Source of the DNA: Thermodesulfobacteriota bacterium | GTDB taxonomy: Bacteria > Desulfobacterota_D > UBA1144 | Length of the DNA stretch: 64,000 nucleotides | Assembly: GCA_036337225.1 (NCBI GenBank) | Contig: JAYZEP010000008.1 | Span: 1,001 to 65,000 of the forward strand | Direction: 5' to 3' | Part shown: positions 63,123-64,000 of the stretch, piece after piece | Position numbering within the stretch: the first letter of the stretch is position 1 | Layout of the letters: the number at the start of each line of letters is the position of its first letter | Made by a program: the position numbers and the translations under genes | The notes under the pieces: model-generated | Database searches by the model: none | The model's input: only the letters and a program-made list of their open reading frames with translations | What the model was told of the DNA's origin: nothing

Positions 63123-63259
63123 TTTTGTAAGTTATCAGAAAAACTTCATAAGTCAAAATAGTCGTTGTTTATTATTGACGAATCAAGACAAAAAATCCAT
63201 ACTAAAATCGAGGTTGTTAGAATGATATATCCAATTACAATTTTAATTATTTATAACTG

Positions 63260-63703
63260 ATGAATATTTACGATTATGTCTTCCTAATCATACTAATCTT
63301 TTCCACAGTCGGTGGTTTCTTCTTTGGACTAGTTAAATCATTCTCCAAATTCTTTTGTTTATTTATCCCATTCGTAATCGCATATATAGGGTCCGATTTT
63401 ATGAGGAACGAATTAATCGAGAGGTTTGGATTTTTTTCTGGGTACGGGTCTAAATTTATTGCTAGTTTATTTATATATATCTTTTTTTATCTTTCATTAA
63501 AAATTTTATTTTTTCTAATAGAATCTATTATCAAAGCTCTCAATATGGGTCTACTAAATAGAATACTGGGATTGTGCGTTGGGTTTATAGTCGGAAGTTC
63601 TTTAGGTTATTTATTTCTAACCCTAGCTCTCAAAATCTCACAAGCGGAGTCTGTCATATACCTCAAAATACAACATTACATAACTGTTTTTTTTAGCATA
63701 TAA
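63260..63703 (+). CDS. cvpA: CvpA-family membrane protein
   Basis: MN.YD..FL, GF..GLVK, LNR.LG..G pattern; 4 TM. Confidence 0.78.
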   Translation: MNIYDYVFLIILIFSTVGGFFFGLVKSFSKFFCLFIPFVIAYIGSDFMRNELIERFGFFSGYGSKFIASLFIYIFFYLSLKILFFLIESIIKALNMGLLNRILGLCVGFIVGSSLGYLFLTLALKISQAESVIYLKIQHYITVFFSI

Positions 63704-63715
63704 GTGTATGATTTT

Positions 63716-64000
63716 ATGGTGAGCAAGAGATTAACCGCCTATCAATACCTATTAAAAGACAAGTTAGCAGGAGATAAGAATAGAGAACTAATTGCCTTAT
63801 TGAAAGATATCAAACTTGCCGCGAGGCAAGTTAGTAAAGAATTAAATAGCGCTGGATTAAATAAGATTCTTGGTGACCATGGAGGCCTAAAAAATGTTCA
63901 TGGAGAGAAAGTTAAAAAGCTGGACATTATTGCAAATGACTTATTCATAAATTCTCTTGAGAACGGCGGTAATTGCGCCGGGGTAGTTTCCGAAGAAATA
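63716..64000 (+). CDS. fbp: Class 1 fructose-1,6-bisphosphatase (5' part; runs off window end)
   Basis: Not in ORF track; translation gives AGL..ILG..NVHGEKVKKLDIIAN..F...L...VSEE. Confidence 0.9.
   Translation, partial: MVSKRLTAYQYLLKDKLAGDKNRELIALLKDIKLAARQVSKELNSAGLNKILGDHGGLKNVHGEKVKKLDIIANDLFINSLENGGNCAGVVSEEI

Overview
AT-rich, very compact bacterial chromosomal segment made up almost entirely of housekeeping genes. It contains no transposases, integrases, CRISPR arrays or rRNA. Contents in order: rrf2-sufBCD, rplM-rpsI-ino1, the F1/b/b'/delta half of ATP synthase, antiporter and ClC genes, purB-dsbA-gshA, PIN/TRAM-ispDF-speB, sodA, ilvD, coaBC, HU, pyrE, argH, queF, slt, hisBH, thiL, gltX, coaE, a three-subunit propionyl-CoA carboxylase, oppA, an LLM oxidoreductase, a sigma-70 factor, tRNA-Gln, ispE, hemL with the Fo genes, cca, thyX, queEC, rimI, methylmalonyl-CoA mutase, a polyprenyl synthase, cvpA and the start of fbp. 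The gene style suggests a streamlined diderm of deltaproteobacterial affinity, possibly marine Dadabacteria (inference only). The best leads are: (1) orphan tandem NrdR-like boxes over a sigma-70 promoter that points into a structured non-coding region (candidate dNTP-regulated sRNA); (2) a 56-60.5 kb block with a catalytically degenerate sirtuin, a degenerate acyl-CoA-synthetase-like protein, a virus-like ThyX and a QueC lacking the zinc cysteines; (3) an uncharacterised 440-aa nitroreductase-like protein; (4) an apparent ATT start codon. All family calls come from motif recognition by eye, not database searches.
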